From assembly GCA_963754315.1 (NCBI GenBank), contig CAVWFS010000001.1:128001-192000 (forward strand): DNA of 64,000 bases, read 5' to 3'. The stretch's first letter is position 1; every line of letters begins with the position of its first letter. The stretch comes from an uncultured Candidatus Rokubacteria bacterium (GTDB taxonomy: Bacteria > Methylomirabilota > Methylomirabilia > Rokubacteriales > CSP1-6). Shown piece by piece: positions 22,259-31,616 of this stretch. Below the pieces are notes generated by a model. It made no database searches and was not told the DNA's origin. It worked only from the letters and a program-made list of their open reading frames with translations. Both the position numbers and the translations under genes were made by a program.

Positions 22259-22286
22259 GCAATCCGTTCAATGCGTCGGGTCCGTA
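22259..22286 (+). promoter_or_regulatory. Possible ECF-sigma autoregulatory promoter
   Basis: GCAATCC, 17 nt spacer, CGTA upstream of the ECF sigma gene; resembles ATCC/CGTA-type ECF promoters. Confidence 0.3.
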
Positions 22287-22409
22287 GAGACAAGTGAGGT
22301 GGCTCCCTTGAGGCAGGGCACAGGAGGGCCGGACCGGGACCAGCGGCCCGATGACAGTGGCGTGGGCGGCTTGTCCGCCCCCCGTCCGGTCTGGTACTCA
22401 AGGGAAGGC

Positions 22410-22958
22410 ATGGCCAGGGCCGGCGGGGTGCTCGTTAGCCGAATGGCCCTCGGGGATGGTGAGGCCTTTGCCCAGTTCTACGACCGCTACGCGTCCCTGG
22501 CCTTTGCCGTGATCCTCCGAATCGTCCGCGATCGGACGGACGCCAGTGAGGTGCTCCAAGACGTATTCTGGGAGACGTGGCATGCGGCGGCGGCCTATGA
22601 CCCCGCGCGAGGAACCCCGGAAGCCTGGGTGGTCAACCGGGCGCGGGCACGGGCAATCGATCGGGTCCGATCGCTTCGTAGAAGAAACGAGATCTTCGTC
22701 GCTCCGGTTGAGGAGGGGCTCACGGCGGACACCAGCGCGGGCAGCACACCTGGGGAAGGACTGGAAGACCGAGGCCTCGTGCAGTCGGCGCTGGCGCAGC
22801 TATCCGATGGGCAACGGGAGGTCATCGAGCTGGCCTATTACGACGGACTCACGCAGACGGAGATTGCCCAGCGAACCAAGCAGCCGCTGGGCACCGTGAA
22901 GACACGAATCCGACTGGGGCTCGCGCGACTCCGCGAGGTCGTGAGAAGCGCAGAATGA
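22410..22958 (+). CDS. ECF RNA polymerase sigma factor (SigK-like)
   Basis: Region 2 (EVLQDVFWE.W..YDPARG..RARAIDRVR) and region 4 (ELAYYDGLTQTEIA..PLGTVKTRIRLGL); start uncertain. Confidence 0.9.
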   Translation: MARAGGVLVSRMALGDGEAFAQFYDRYASLAFAVILRIVRDRTDASEVLQDVFWETWHAAAAYDPARGTPEAWVVNRARARAIDRVRSLRRRNEIFVAPVEEGLTADTSAGSTPGEGLEDRGLVQSALAQLSDGQREVIELAYYDGLTQTEIAQRTKQPLGTVKTRIRLGLARLREVVRSAE

Positions 22959-23789
22959 CCCACGAGATCTACGAGACGCTAGCGTCCGGTTACGCGCTCG
23001 GTACCCTCGACGGCGACGACCTAGCGCAGTTCCAGGCGCACATCGCCGATGGGTGTGCGGCGTGCACGGCCGCCCTCCGGCAGACCGAGGCGACGTTGGC
23101 GCTGCTCGCCCGCGCGACACCGCCGATGATTCCCCCCGCCCACGTCAAGCAGGCCCTTCTCGCGCGCATTGCGGCGGAGGGGCCCCGGCGGGCGGCGCCG
23201 GTCCCTCGTCCAAGGTGGTTTCCGTGGGTGGCAGGGGCGGTGGCGGCAGGCCTCCTGGCTTTCTTCACCGGAATGTTCGTGGCATCGCGCTACGAGGCTC
23301 GTCTCGGGCAGGCGGCGCGCGAGGTGGTCGCGCTTCGCCAGCGCGTTCAGGGACAGCAGAGAGCCGTCGCCCACGTCATCGATTTGCTCCGCGAGCCTGG
23401 CACGAGCGTACTCCGGCTGCGGGGACAGGGCCCGACGCCTGATGCCTCGGCCAGCCTCTTGTGGAACGACCAGAGCGGCGGCCACCTGTTGGTGGCGAGT
23501 CTGCCACCGTTGCCGCCCAGCGAGACGTATGAGTTCTGGACAATCAGCGGGGGCACCCCGCGTCCAGCCGGTCTGTTCACGGTCGACGCCTCGGGCCGTG
23601 GTGGACACTTCGTGGATCCGGTGCCCGGTGGCCGTCCCGAGGTTTTCGCCGTCACCATCGAGCCTGCGGGCGGAGTAGTCGGCGCCTACGGGTCCCGTTG
23701 TTATGATGGGGGGCCTCGAAGGGCCCCCCAAGCCCCCCGACGCTCGTCGCGCCCCGGGGGACCCGGGACGCTCCTCGGGCTCACGCTAA
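22955..23789 (+). CDS. RskA-like anti-sigma factor (frameshift at ~23678)
   Basis: Zn motif HIADGCAAC, one TM helix, LPPLP..YEFW and FAVTIEPAGG. The expected ending SAPTGPVV is in the +1 frame, with stop at 23787-23789. Confidence 0.82.
23706..23780 (+). repeat. Palindromic REP-like intergenic repeat, copy 1
   Basis: ATGGGGGGCCTCGAAGGGCCCCCCAAGCCCCCC followed by a second hairpin GCGCCCCGGGGGACCCGGGACGC. A partial copy GGCCTCGAAGGGCC follows at 23796-23809. Confidence 0.75.
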
Positions 23790-23811
23790 GGTTGAGGCCT
23801 CGAAGGGCCGG

Positions 23812-24450
23812 TCACGGTTTCAGGGTACTCTCCACAAGGTTGGCCATGGACTGGCTGGCGCCGTCGGGGGCGGCGCGAAGGCCGGAGATCACGCCAGCTC
23901 GATCGGCCGGCTCGCGATTCTGGCTCACCTTCCACTTGCCCTCCAACCGCACGATGGGGATCTCGATGCCCACGATGCCGCCAAGCTGCTTGTCAATGAA
24001 GTCGGCGGGGGCGTCGGTGACTGCCCATTCGGGCTGCCGTCCTGCCTCGTGGGCGCGCGTGAGCCGGGCGACGAGATTGTAGAGCCAGGTCCGGTCCTCC
24101 ACGATGCCAAGCGGGCCGTGCGCGTGGACGACCGCGTAGTTCCAGGTTGGGACTACCTTGCCCGTCTCGCGTTTCGTCTTGTACCAGGACGGCGTGATAT
24201 AGGTCTGGGGGCCGACGAAGATGGCCAGGGCATGGACATCCTTCGCGTAGCTTTGCCACACGGGATTGGCGCGCGCCACGTGGCCCCTCAGCGTTCCGTA
24301 GGGCAGGGGGTCGGTGTCGATCTCCATCGGGATATGGTTGGCCTCCAGCCCGTCCGGTCCCCACGTCACCAAGGTGGCCAGGCTGTGCTCCCGGATGAGG
24401 CCATGCAGGGTCGGGACGTCCTCCTCCCTGAACTGCGCGGGAACGTACAT
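23812..24450 (-). CDS. paiB: FMN-binding negative transcriptional regulator (PaiB family)
   Basis: MYVPAQF, GHVARANP, YITPSWY, VPTWNYAVVH and GKWKVSQNR. Confidence 0.9.
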   Translation of the reverse strand: MYVPAQFREEDVPTLHGLIREHSLATLVTWGPDGLEANHIPMEIDTDPLPYGTLRGHVARANPVWQSYAKDVHALAIFVGPQTYITPSWYKTKRETGKVVPTWNYAVVHAHGPLGIVEDRTWLYNLVARLTRAHEAGRQPEWAVTDAPADFIDKQLGGIVGIEIPIVRLEGKWKVSQNREPADRAGVISGLRAAPDGASQSMANLVESTLKP

Positions 24451-24469
24451 GACTCGTTTCCCTCCTCGG

Positions 24470-25027
24470 CTACCGTCGGCGGGCCGCGTGCAGGATGGCC
24501 ACCACCGTCATCGAATCCTTGATCTCGCTGCGCTCCACCATGTGCAGAGCCTGCGCGAAGGAGAACGGCCGAACCTCGAGGAACTCCGTGGGATCCGCCT
24601 CGCGTTGGACGGGGCGGAGCCGCTCGGCCAGGTAGATGTGAGCCACCTCCTCCATGATGCTCTTCGAGGTGTGGAACTCGCAGACCTTCACGAACCGGTC
24701 CGCCTCGTAGCCCGCCTCCTCGGCCAGCTCGCGCCGCCCGGCTGCCTCCATGTCCTCGCCCGGATGCACGCCCCCCGTGGGCATCTCCCAGGAGAACTCC
24801 TGGAAGACGTACCGATACTGGCCCACCAGCACGATCGTGTCGGCATCGAGAAACGGCAGAACGCCGACGGCGGGTTTGCACTGGACCACTCCGTAGATCG
24901 TGGTCCGCCCGTCGGGCAGTTCGGCAATGTCCTCGCGCAGCCGCATCCAGGGATTCTCGTAGACCAGGCGGCTGGTATGCGTTGTCCAGGGGGTCCGGGC
25001 GAGGGCCCGCCGATGTTCGGGTTCCAT
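24470..25027 (-). CDS. NUDIX hydrolase (ADP-ribose pyrophosphatase-like)
   Basis: QYRY..WEMPTGG......AGRRELAEEAGY Nudix box. Confidence 0.9.
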   Translation of the reverse strand: MEPEHRRALARTPWTTHTSRLVYENPWMRLREDIAELPDGRTTIYGVVQCKPAVGVLPFLDADTIVLVGQYRYVFQEFSWEMPTGGVHPGEDMEAAGRRELAEEAGYEADRFVKVCEFHTSKSIMEEVAHIYLAERLRPVQREADPTEFLEVRPFSFAQALHMVERSEIKDSMTVVAILHAARRR

Positions 25028-25114
25028 GGTCGGAGAGCATCCCACGAATCCCGAGCGTCTCAAAAGGTCGGGTATACTGCCAGGTGCGGTTTACCCCGCT
25101 CAAGGAGTTTCTAC

Positions 25115-25662
25115 ATGGCACTTCCCAAACCGGTCGAGCAGCTCTGGGCTGAGCTTCAGACCGTCAGAGGCCAGGTCCTCCGGGAAGCCGAGGGATTGTC
25201 GCAGGGCCAGGTCGACTGGAAGCCGAGCGAGAGGGATTGGTCGGTCGGCGAGATCATCGACCATTTGACGATCGCCGAGATCGCCACCGGCAAGCTGACC
25301 ACCAAGCTCACCCGGGAGGCCGAGGCCGCTGGTGGGCTCGCGCCATTTCCCGATGAGCTGAGCGTCTTCGCCGCCGTTCCGGCCGGACCACCCGGTCCCG
25401 CCGAAGCCCCTCCCGTGGTGTGGCCCAGCTACGGCAAGTCCATCGGCGATCTCATCACCGCCATGAAGGCCACGCGCGAGCGGAGCCGGCAGTCCGTCGA
25501 GCGGCTCGGCGGACCATCGATCCGCGTCCCCTGAAGTTCAAGCACTTCCGCCTCGGCGAGCTGGATCTGGCACAGTGGTGGATGCTCCAGGCCGAGCACG
25601 ACGGAATTCACCTCGTCCAGATCCGCGACGTCAAGGGCGCGCCGGGCTTCCCGAAAACCTGA
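25115..25662 (+). CDS. DinB family protein (frameshift at ~25510)
   Basis: RBS AAGGAG. WSVGEIIDHL is in one frame; HFRLGELDLAQW..EHDGIHL.QI is in ORF 25420..25662. Confidence 0.78.
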
Positions 25663-25872
25663 GTGGCCACCAAGGTCGTTCTGCGTAATCCGCGGCGGGA
25701 AGTCGAGGTGCGAAGCAACCGCCGCGTCAAGGACATCCTGCACGAGCTTGGCATCATCCCGGAAACGGTTCTCATCATCGCGGGCGATACCCTGATCACG
25801 CTCGACCACGTCGTGCGCGAGAATGAGACGATCGAGCTGAGACCGGTCATGTCCGGGGGGCGGGCTCCGTGA
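25663..25872 (+). CDS. ttuB: ThiS/MoaD-like sulfur carrier (TtuB-like)
   Basis: 69 aa ubiquitin-like protein ending IELRPVMSGG-RAP and overlapping the ttuA start. Confidence 0.75.
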   Translation: MATKVVLRNPRREVEVRSNRRVKDILHELGIIPETVLIIAGDTLITLDHVVRENETIELRPVMSGGRAP

Positions 25873-26783
25873 AGTGCAAGAAGTGCGGGGGGGGCGCTGT
25901 CATCGAGCTCAGACGCCACAACACCGCCTTCTGTACGCCCGACTTCCTGACCTTCTTCCGCAACCAGGTTCGGGAAGCCGTCCGCCACTACCACATGCTC
26001 ACGCGCGAGGAGCGGGTGCTGGTGGCCGTCTCGGGCGGGAAGGACTCGCTGGCCCTGTGGGACGTGCTCCTCGAGGAGGGGTACGAGACGACCGGCCTCT
26101 ATCTCGACCTCGGCATCTTCGAATACTCCGCAGAGTCGAAGGCGAAGTGTCAAACCTTCGCGGACGGACGCGGCGTGCCTCTCCTCGTGAGCACGGTGGC
26201 CGACGAGGTGGGGGCGCCGGTGCCCGTGATCAAGGCGGTGACACGACGGCCGCCATGCTCGGGATGCGGACTCTCCAAGCGATACCTGATGAACCGCGTG
26301 GCCTTGCAGCACGGATTTCCGGTGGTGGCCACCGGACACAACCTCGACGATGAGGCGGCCACCCTGTTCGGCTCGGTCATGCACTGGCAGATGGAATCGC
26401 TCCCGCGCCAGTCGCCTGCGCTGCCGGCGTCCCATCCCAAGCTGGTGCGGCGGATCAAGCCGCTCTATCGACTGAGCGAGCAGGAGACGGCGGCCTACGC
26501 GTTCCTGAGGAAGATCGACTACATCGTTGACGAGTGCCCCTTTGCCAAGGGCGCCACCTCCATCGCCCACAAGGAGATCCTCAACCGTATGGAGGCGGCT
26601 TCCCCTGGCGCCAAGCACAATTTCCTCTTCGGCTTCCTCGACCGAGGTCGCCAGGCCTTCGTGCGAACCGAGGACGTCACCCTGAACGAGTGCATCCGCT
26701 GTGGTCAGGCGACGACCGGGACCCTGTGCGCTTTCTGTAAGCTCGCCGATCAGGTAAAGCGCGCGCCGGCCACCCCTCTCTGA
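25869..26783 (+). CDS. ttuA: tRNA 2-thiolation protein, TtuA/TtcA family
   Basis: N-terminal CKKC..H..C, PP-loop SGGKDS, CSGC, TGHNLDDE, ECP and C-terminal CIRCG..CAFC. Confidence 0.85.
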   Translation: MKCKKCGGGAVIELRRHNTAFCTPDFLTFFRNQVREAVRHYHMLTREERVLVAVSGGKDSLALWDVLLEEGYETTGLYLDLGIFEYSAESKAKCQTFADGRGVPLLVSTVADEVGAPVPVIKAVTRRPPCSGCGLSKRYLMNRVALQHGFPVVATGHNLDDEAATLFGSVMHWQMESLPRQSPALPASHPKLVRRIKPLYRLSEQETAAYAFLRKIDYIVDECPFAKGATSIAHKEILNRMEAASPGAKHNFLFGFLDRGRQAFVRTEDVTLNECIRCGQATTGTLCAFCKLADQVKRAPATPL

Positions 26784-28030
26784 AGAGCGATCCCACCCTT
26801 CGGCGCAACATCACGGCGTTGGGGGCCGACTACGCCCTCTTCATGGTCGGACTGTCCTTCGCGTCCCAGGCTACCATCTTGCCGGCGTTCGCCGCCTATC
26901 TGGGGGCGTCCAACCTGATCATTGGGGCCATTCCGGCCGTCATGACCCTCGGGTGGTTCCTGCCCTCGCTGCCCGCCGCGCACCACACCCGCCGGCTGGC
27001 GCGCAAGCTTCCGCTGGTGCTTCGCTACACCGCCGCCGAGCGGGTCCCCTTTCTGGTCCTGGCCATCCTGGCGTTCGCAACCGCCGAGCGCGCTCCGGCT
27101 TTCACACTCATGGCGACGCTCGTCATGCTCCTGGTGTTCACGGGCACGGGCGGGGCGCTGATGCCGGCTTGGCTTCACATTGTGGCTCGGGCCATTCCGT
27201 CGGAGCTACGGGGGCGCTTCTTCGGCCTGTCAAATAGTTTGGCGGGAGTGGGTGGCCTACTGGGGAGCTTCGGTACAGCGTGGATTCTCGCCCACGTCGC
27301 TCCGCCCGCCGGCTACGGCTGGTGCTTTCTGGCGGCGACCCTCTTCATGGGTCTCTCGTGGGTGGCCTTGGCCCTGGTCCACGAGCCGGCCGAGACCTCG
27401 GTACCGGAGGCCCTTCAGCTCCGGGGCTTCCTCCGATTTGTGCTGGACATTCTGAGGTCCGATGGCAACTTCGCGTGGTTCCTGGTCGCCCGCGCCTGTA
27501 TGGGTCTCGCCGGCATGTCTTCGGGGTTCTTCACGGTATATGCCCTGCGCAGCCTCGCCGCCCAGGAGTGGCAGGTAGGTCTCTTCACCAGCGCCTTTCT
27601 GGCCGGACAGGTGGTCGGCAACCTCGTTCTCGGTTGGCTGGCCGATCGTGTCGGACATCGCGCGGTGCTGGTGAGCGGATTATTGGCAACCTTCGGCGCC
27701 AATGCGGTGGCCCTCGGCACGGGGTCGCTCGAGATCTACAGCCTGACCTTCGCGTTGAGTGGGATCAACCAGGCGGCCATCAGCGTATCGGGGCAGACTG
27801 TGCTGCTCGACTTCGCGCCCACGGCCGAGGAGCGCCCGACCTACGTTGGTCTCGGCAACTCGGCGCTGGCGCCGGTGTTCTTCGGCGCTCCCCTGTTGGG
27901 CGGGCTGATGGCCGACACTCTCGGCTTACCCTCGGTCTTCGCGCTTGCCCTCGTGGGAGCGCTGCTGGGGACGGCCCTCTTCGCGTGGTTCGTCCGAAAT
28001 CCCGCACCACCAGCGCCGATCAGCGCTTGA
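26780..28030 (+). CDS. MFS transporter
   Basis: About 12 hydrophobic segments, RGRFFG and GWLADRVGHR motifs. The start is uncertain: CTG 26780 overlapping the ttuA stop, or TTG 26819. Confidence 0.85.
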   Translation: MKSDPTLRRNITALGADYALFMVGLSFASQATILPAFAAYLGASNLIIGAIPAVMTLGWFLPSLPAAHHTRRLARKLPLVLRYTAAERVPFLVLAILAFATAERAPAFTLMATLVMLLVFTGTGGALMPAWLHIVARAIPSELRGRFFGLSNSLAGVGGLLGSFGTAWILAHVAPPAGYGWCFLAATLFMGLSWVALALVHEPAETSVPEALQLRGFLRFVLDILRSDGNFAWFLVARACMGLAGMSSGFFTVYALRSLAAQEWQVGLFTSAFLAGQVVGNLVLGWLADRVGHRAVLVSGLLATFGANAVALGTGSLEIYSLTFALSGINQAAISVSGQTVLLDFAPTAEERPTYVGLGNSALAPVFFGAPLLGGLMADTLGLPSVFALALVGALLGTALFAWFVRNPAPPAPISA

Positions 28031-28099
28031 TCCGGTAGTCGATCCGGGCGACAATCCCCGGGTCGTTGGCCCACGACGCAACACGAGGGCAGTCGCCGC

Positions 28100-29119
28100 A
28101 TGCCGACAAACCTCAAGAAGCCGCTTCTGCGTTCAGCCTTCGAACATAGCGAGCGAATGCGGGCGGTCAAACAGACCATCGATAGTGTGGCACCCACCGA
28201 CGTGACCGTCCTCGTCTGGGGTGAAACCGGCGTCGGCAAGGAGATGGTCGCCTGGGCTCTCCACGAGAGGTCGCCGCGCCGCGAATGTCCCTACGTGAAG
28301 GTGAACTGCGCGGCCTTGCCCCTTCCGCTCCTCGAGAGTGAGCTGTTCGGTTACGAGCGCGGTGCTTTCACCGGTGCTCACAATTCGAAACCCGGCAAGT
28401 TCGAGCAGGCCCATACGGGCACGATCTTCCTCGATGAGGTCGGCGAGATGCCGCTCCCCATCCAGGCGAAGCTGTTGCAGGTTCTCCAGGACCGTCAGTT
28501 CTCTCGCCTCGGGAGTCGTGCCGACATCAGGGTCGACGTCCGCGTGGTGGCCGCCACCAACAAGAACCTCGGGCAGCTGGTAGCCCGGATGGAGTTCCGC
28601 GAGGATCTGTACTATCGGCTCAATGTCATCAACCTCCACATCCCGGCCTTGCGCGAGCGCCCGGAGGAGATCCCCATTCTCATCGAGCGGTTTCTTGAGC
28701 ACCACGCTCGCGAGTACCGGCGGTCGAAACCCAGGCTTTCCTCGGCGACTCTCGATCTCTTCCGTACGTATTCGTGGCCGGGGAACGTGCGCGAGCTGGA
28801 GAACGTCCTGACCCGCATCGTGGTGCTGGGCACCGAGGAGTGGGTTGCGAGCGAGCTGAGCATGCGGGAGGACGGCTCGGCCAAGCGCCCGGCTCCGCCC
28901 GAGACGGTCGCGGACGCTATGGCGCGGGCGGCCCCTCGGCCGGGCGAGGGCGAGGAGCTCGGTCTCAAGCACGTCGTAGCACGGGCCGCCAAGGAGGCCG
29001 AGCGTGAGGAGCTGAACCGGGCTCTCGGTCGAGCTCGCTGGCGGCGGGTAGAGGCGGCCCGGCACCTCAAGATCAGCTATCGCACCTTGCTTCGCAAGAT
29101 CGAAGAGCACGGATTGTGA
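28100..29119 (+). CDS. Sigma-54 interaction domain transcriptional activator without N-terminal sensor domain
   Basis: GETGVGKE, ESELFGYERGAFTGA, FLDEVGE, FREDLYYRLNV, WPGNVRELEN and a C-terminal Fis-type HTH. Confidence 0.92.
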   Translation: MPTNLKKPLLRSAFEHSERMRAVKQTIDSVAPTDVTVLVWGETGVGKEMVAWALHERSPRRECPYVKVNCAALPLPLLESELFGYERGAFTGAHNSKPGKFEQAHTGTIFLDEVGEMPLPIQAKLLQVLQDRQFSRLGSRADIRVDVRVVAATNKNLGQLVARMEFREDLYYRLNVINLHIPALRERPEEIPILIERFLEHHAREYRRSKPRLSSATLDLFRTYSWPGNVRELENVLTRIVVLGTEEWVASELSMREDGSAKRPAPPETVADAMARAAPRPGEGEELGLKHVVARAAKEAEREELNRALGRARWRRVEAARHLKISYRTLLRKIEEHGL

Positions 29120-29146
29120 ACTGTTGAAGGTGGGGGACTGTTGGAG

Positions 29147-29217
29147 ATGGGGGGCCTCGAACGGACCCCCCATGCCCCTGGGCTCAGGGCGTCCCGGGTC
29201 CCCTGGGGCGCCCTTCG
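29147..29217 (+). repeat. Palindromic REP-like intergenic repeat, copy 2
   Basis: ATGGGGGGCCTCGAACGGACCCCCCATGCCCC followed by GCGTCCCGGGTCCCCTGGGGCGC. Confidence 0.75.
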
Positions 29218-29218
29218 A

Positions 29219-30079
29219 TCATCGACTCGTCACGAGGTATACGCCCAGGACGACGAGGACGGTGCCGAGGACCACGCGCAGGGTGAGGCGTTCGACGCCC
29301 TTGAGGAAGAAGAAGGACAGGGGAAGCACAAAGAGCGGTCCCACCCCAGACAACGGAACCACCACACTCACCGAGCCTAGGTTCAGGGCCATCAGCCCGA
29401 GGAACACTCCGGCGTTCTCGGCCACCCCGGCCGCGATGAAATAGCCCAGGTTGCGACGCTGGCACACCATCGCCTGCCGGTTGCCGGAAAGCAGGAGGAA
29501 GACACTGAAGGCGACCAAGGCGGCGGTGACGTTGACGGCGAAGCCCAGGACCGGACCCGTCTGGCTCAAGCCGAGCTTTCTCAGGATGGCGACGACACCA
29601 AAGCAGGCGGCCGAGAGGAACGGGATGGTGAGCTGCCGCGGCCGAAATCCAAGATGCCGACCGCTCGCGGAAAGCAGGATGGTTCCTAGTACGATGACCA
29701 CGGTGCCCGCCAGAATAGGAGCCGTGACCTGCTCGCCCAGAATCAGGATGGCCAAGCCGGTGGAAATGAAGGGGCTCAGATTGATGACAGCGGAGGCTAC
29801 CGAGGCGCCGACCTGCTCGATGCTGATGAACCGCAGAAGCCGGCCGGCTACCGTGCCGATGAGCCCCGCAGCGACAAAGTAGGCGATACCCTTCGCCTGC
29901 ACGGTCTCCAGGGCGCCCATGATGACGACCGCTCCCCAGAGCCCCACGGTTCCCACCACCAGGTTGATCCATACCCCGGTGTAAACGTGGCTGCCGCGCA
30001 ATCCGTGTCTGATGAAGATGGTGGCGCCGGCGGCTAACAGGGCCCCCGTCAACGCCAGCGCGTACACGATCCCTGACAT
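29219..30079 (-). CDS. DMT/EamA family transporter
   Basis: Two EamA-like repeats (ILILGEQVT; FFLKGVERLT) and about 10 TM segments. Confidence 0.88.
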   Translation of the reverse strand: MSGIVYALALTGALLAAGATIFIRHGLRGSHVYTGVWINLVVGTVGLWGAVVIMGALETVQAKGIAYFVAAGLIGTVAGRLLRFISIEQVGASVASAVINLSPFISTGLAILILGEQVTAPILAGTVVIVLGTILLSASGRHLGFRPRQLTIPFLSAACFGVVAILRKLGLSQTGPVLGFAVNVTAALVAFSVFLLLSGNRQAMVCQRRNLGYFIAAGVAENAGVFLGLMALNLGSVSVVVPLSGVGPLFVLPLSFFFLKGVERLTLRVVLGTVLVVLGVYLVTSR

Positions 30080-30159
30080 GTGTGGCCTAGGCCGAGAGCC
30101 TACCAGCTTCCGCGAGAGATCGGCCATGTGTGAGATCATCGCCAAGCGGTGACGCCGCG

Positions 30160-31608
30160 GTGATCGTCCACATCAACCACCTGCAACCGGGACAGGCCGC
30201 CAAGGCGGGGGAAGTGGTGGCTGCCCTGCTCAGCCTCGTCGAGCAGGGACGAATCGACCTCCGCCTCCTGTCCGACCTGCGAATCCACCTAGACTGGATC
30301 CAGTACCGCTCCAACTTCCGCGAGGCGGTGACCGTCCGCCGTGCCGCCGACCGCACCGGAGAGGCTCTGGCCCTGGCCGAGGTGGCCGTGGATCTGCGCC
30401 GAATCGAGCTGCCGGAGCTGGCCGCGGAGCTGGATCGCGCGTTGCACGTCATGGATCCCGACGCTCTTCCCGAGCGGGAAGGTGTGTGGCTCGACGAGTG
30501 GCGGCCCGTGCGGGAGAGCATCATCTGGCGGTTCAACGATCTGTTTTGGCAGCGGGTGTCGGACTGGGAGGCCGCCACCGGTCGCGGCTTCGAGGCGGCT
30601 CTTCCCAGCGGCCAATCGGATGCGAACCATCCCCAGGCCGTGGCCGATGCCGTGGCGGAGTTCTGGACGCTTCTGCGCGAGCTCGACAAGCGGGGTGTGC
30701 TGCCTGCGGAAATCTTCGCGCTCGAGCTAGGGGTTGGCTCCGGAGCGCGGGCCGGTCTCTGGCTCGACCGCTTTCGGGCACTGGACGAGGAGCGGGCCAC
30801 CGGGTATTACCCGCGCTTGCGCTTTCTGCTGGGCGACTACTCGATGCCGACCCTGGATCGAGCCCTGGCCGCGGTGGCGAACCATCGCGACATCGTCAGC
30901 GTAGTGCCCATGGACGCGCTGAATCCGCTCAAGACCCTCTCGTTCCTGCGCTACAAGATGCTCTACGTCCACCTCACCAACGTGTACGACAACCTCCCGT
31001 ACGACGAGCTGGTTCGCCGCGACGGGCGCTTGTACCTGGTGGAAGCGCGAGCGTGGCTTCCTCCCACGGCGACCCAGCACTTGGCCAGGGCCTTTGACCT
31101 GGGACCTGAGGAGCTAGCGGGCAGTGCCGATCGTCTGCTCGAGCTCGGACCCGCCAGTCTCGGCGATCGGGCCCGGGGTGTCGCCTTCTGGCGCGCGCTC
31201 TGGGAGAGGCTCCGCTTGGAGGAACGGCTGGTGGAACTGGCCGACCTCGCGCAGGCGCCGCTGCCACCGGGTCTCGATCTGCACCACCTCGAGGAGCTTC
31301 TACAGGCAGCCCCCGACGATGTGCGCTTCCATTTGTCGCGGGGCGCGGCCGAGAGCTTCATCAACACGTTACCCCTCCTGCACCCGCGTGGCTACTTGCA
31401 GGTTCAGGATATCTTCGCCACGACCATGCGCGAGTATCGGCGTGGGTTCCGGGGGCCGGGAAAGCTGGATGGCTCGGTGGTGACCTGGGTCAACGGCGCC
31501 TTGCTCCGCGCGGTAGGGGCCCGGGCCGGATACGATGTCCACTTTGCGCCCTTTCACTATCGGCCGGGCTCGCGCACTTCCATTCTCTACACCACTCAGC
31601 GTGAATAG
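30160..31608 (+). CDS. Class I SAM-dependent methyltransferase-like protein (MidA/NDUFAF7/DUF185-like) with N-terminal extension
   Basis: Motif I ALELGVGSG, LLGDYS, TNVYDNLP (compare NE.FDALP) and GYLQVQD; start uncertain (30130 or 30160). Confidence 0.6.
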   Translation: MIVHINHLQPGQAAKAGEVVAALLSLVEQGRIDLRLLSDLRIHLDWIQYRSNFREAVTVRRAADRTGEALALAEVAVDLRRIELPELAAELDRALHVMDPDALPEREGVWLDEWRPVRESIIWRFNDLFWQRVSDWEAATGRGFEAALPSGQSDANHPQAVADAVAEFWTLLRELDKRGVLPAEIFALELGVGSGARAGLWLDRFRALDEERATGYYPRLRFLLGDYSMPTLDRALAAVANHRDIVSVVPMDALNPLKTLSFLRYKMLYVHLTNVYDNLPYDELVRRDGRLYLVEARAWLPPTATQHLARAFDLGPEELAGSADRLLELGPASLGDRARGVAFWRALWERLRLEERLVELADLAQAPLPPGLDLHHLEELLQAAPDDVRFHLSRGAAESFINTLPLLHPRGYLQVQDIFATTMREYRRGFRGPGKLDGSVVTWVNGALLRAVGARAGYDVHFAPFHYRPGSRTSILYTTQRE

Positions 31609-31616
31609 GACGTCCT

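Noticed and set aside
22955..24082. 375-aa anti-sigma factor with a long C-terminal extension
   Set aside because: The extension overlaps paiB antisense and arises from a frameshift at ~23678. The conserved ending is in another frame.
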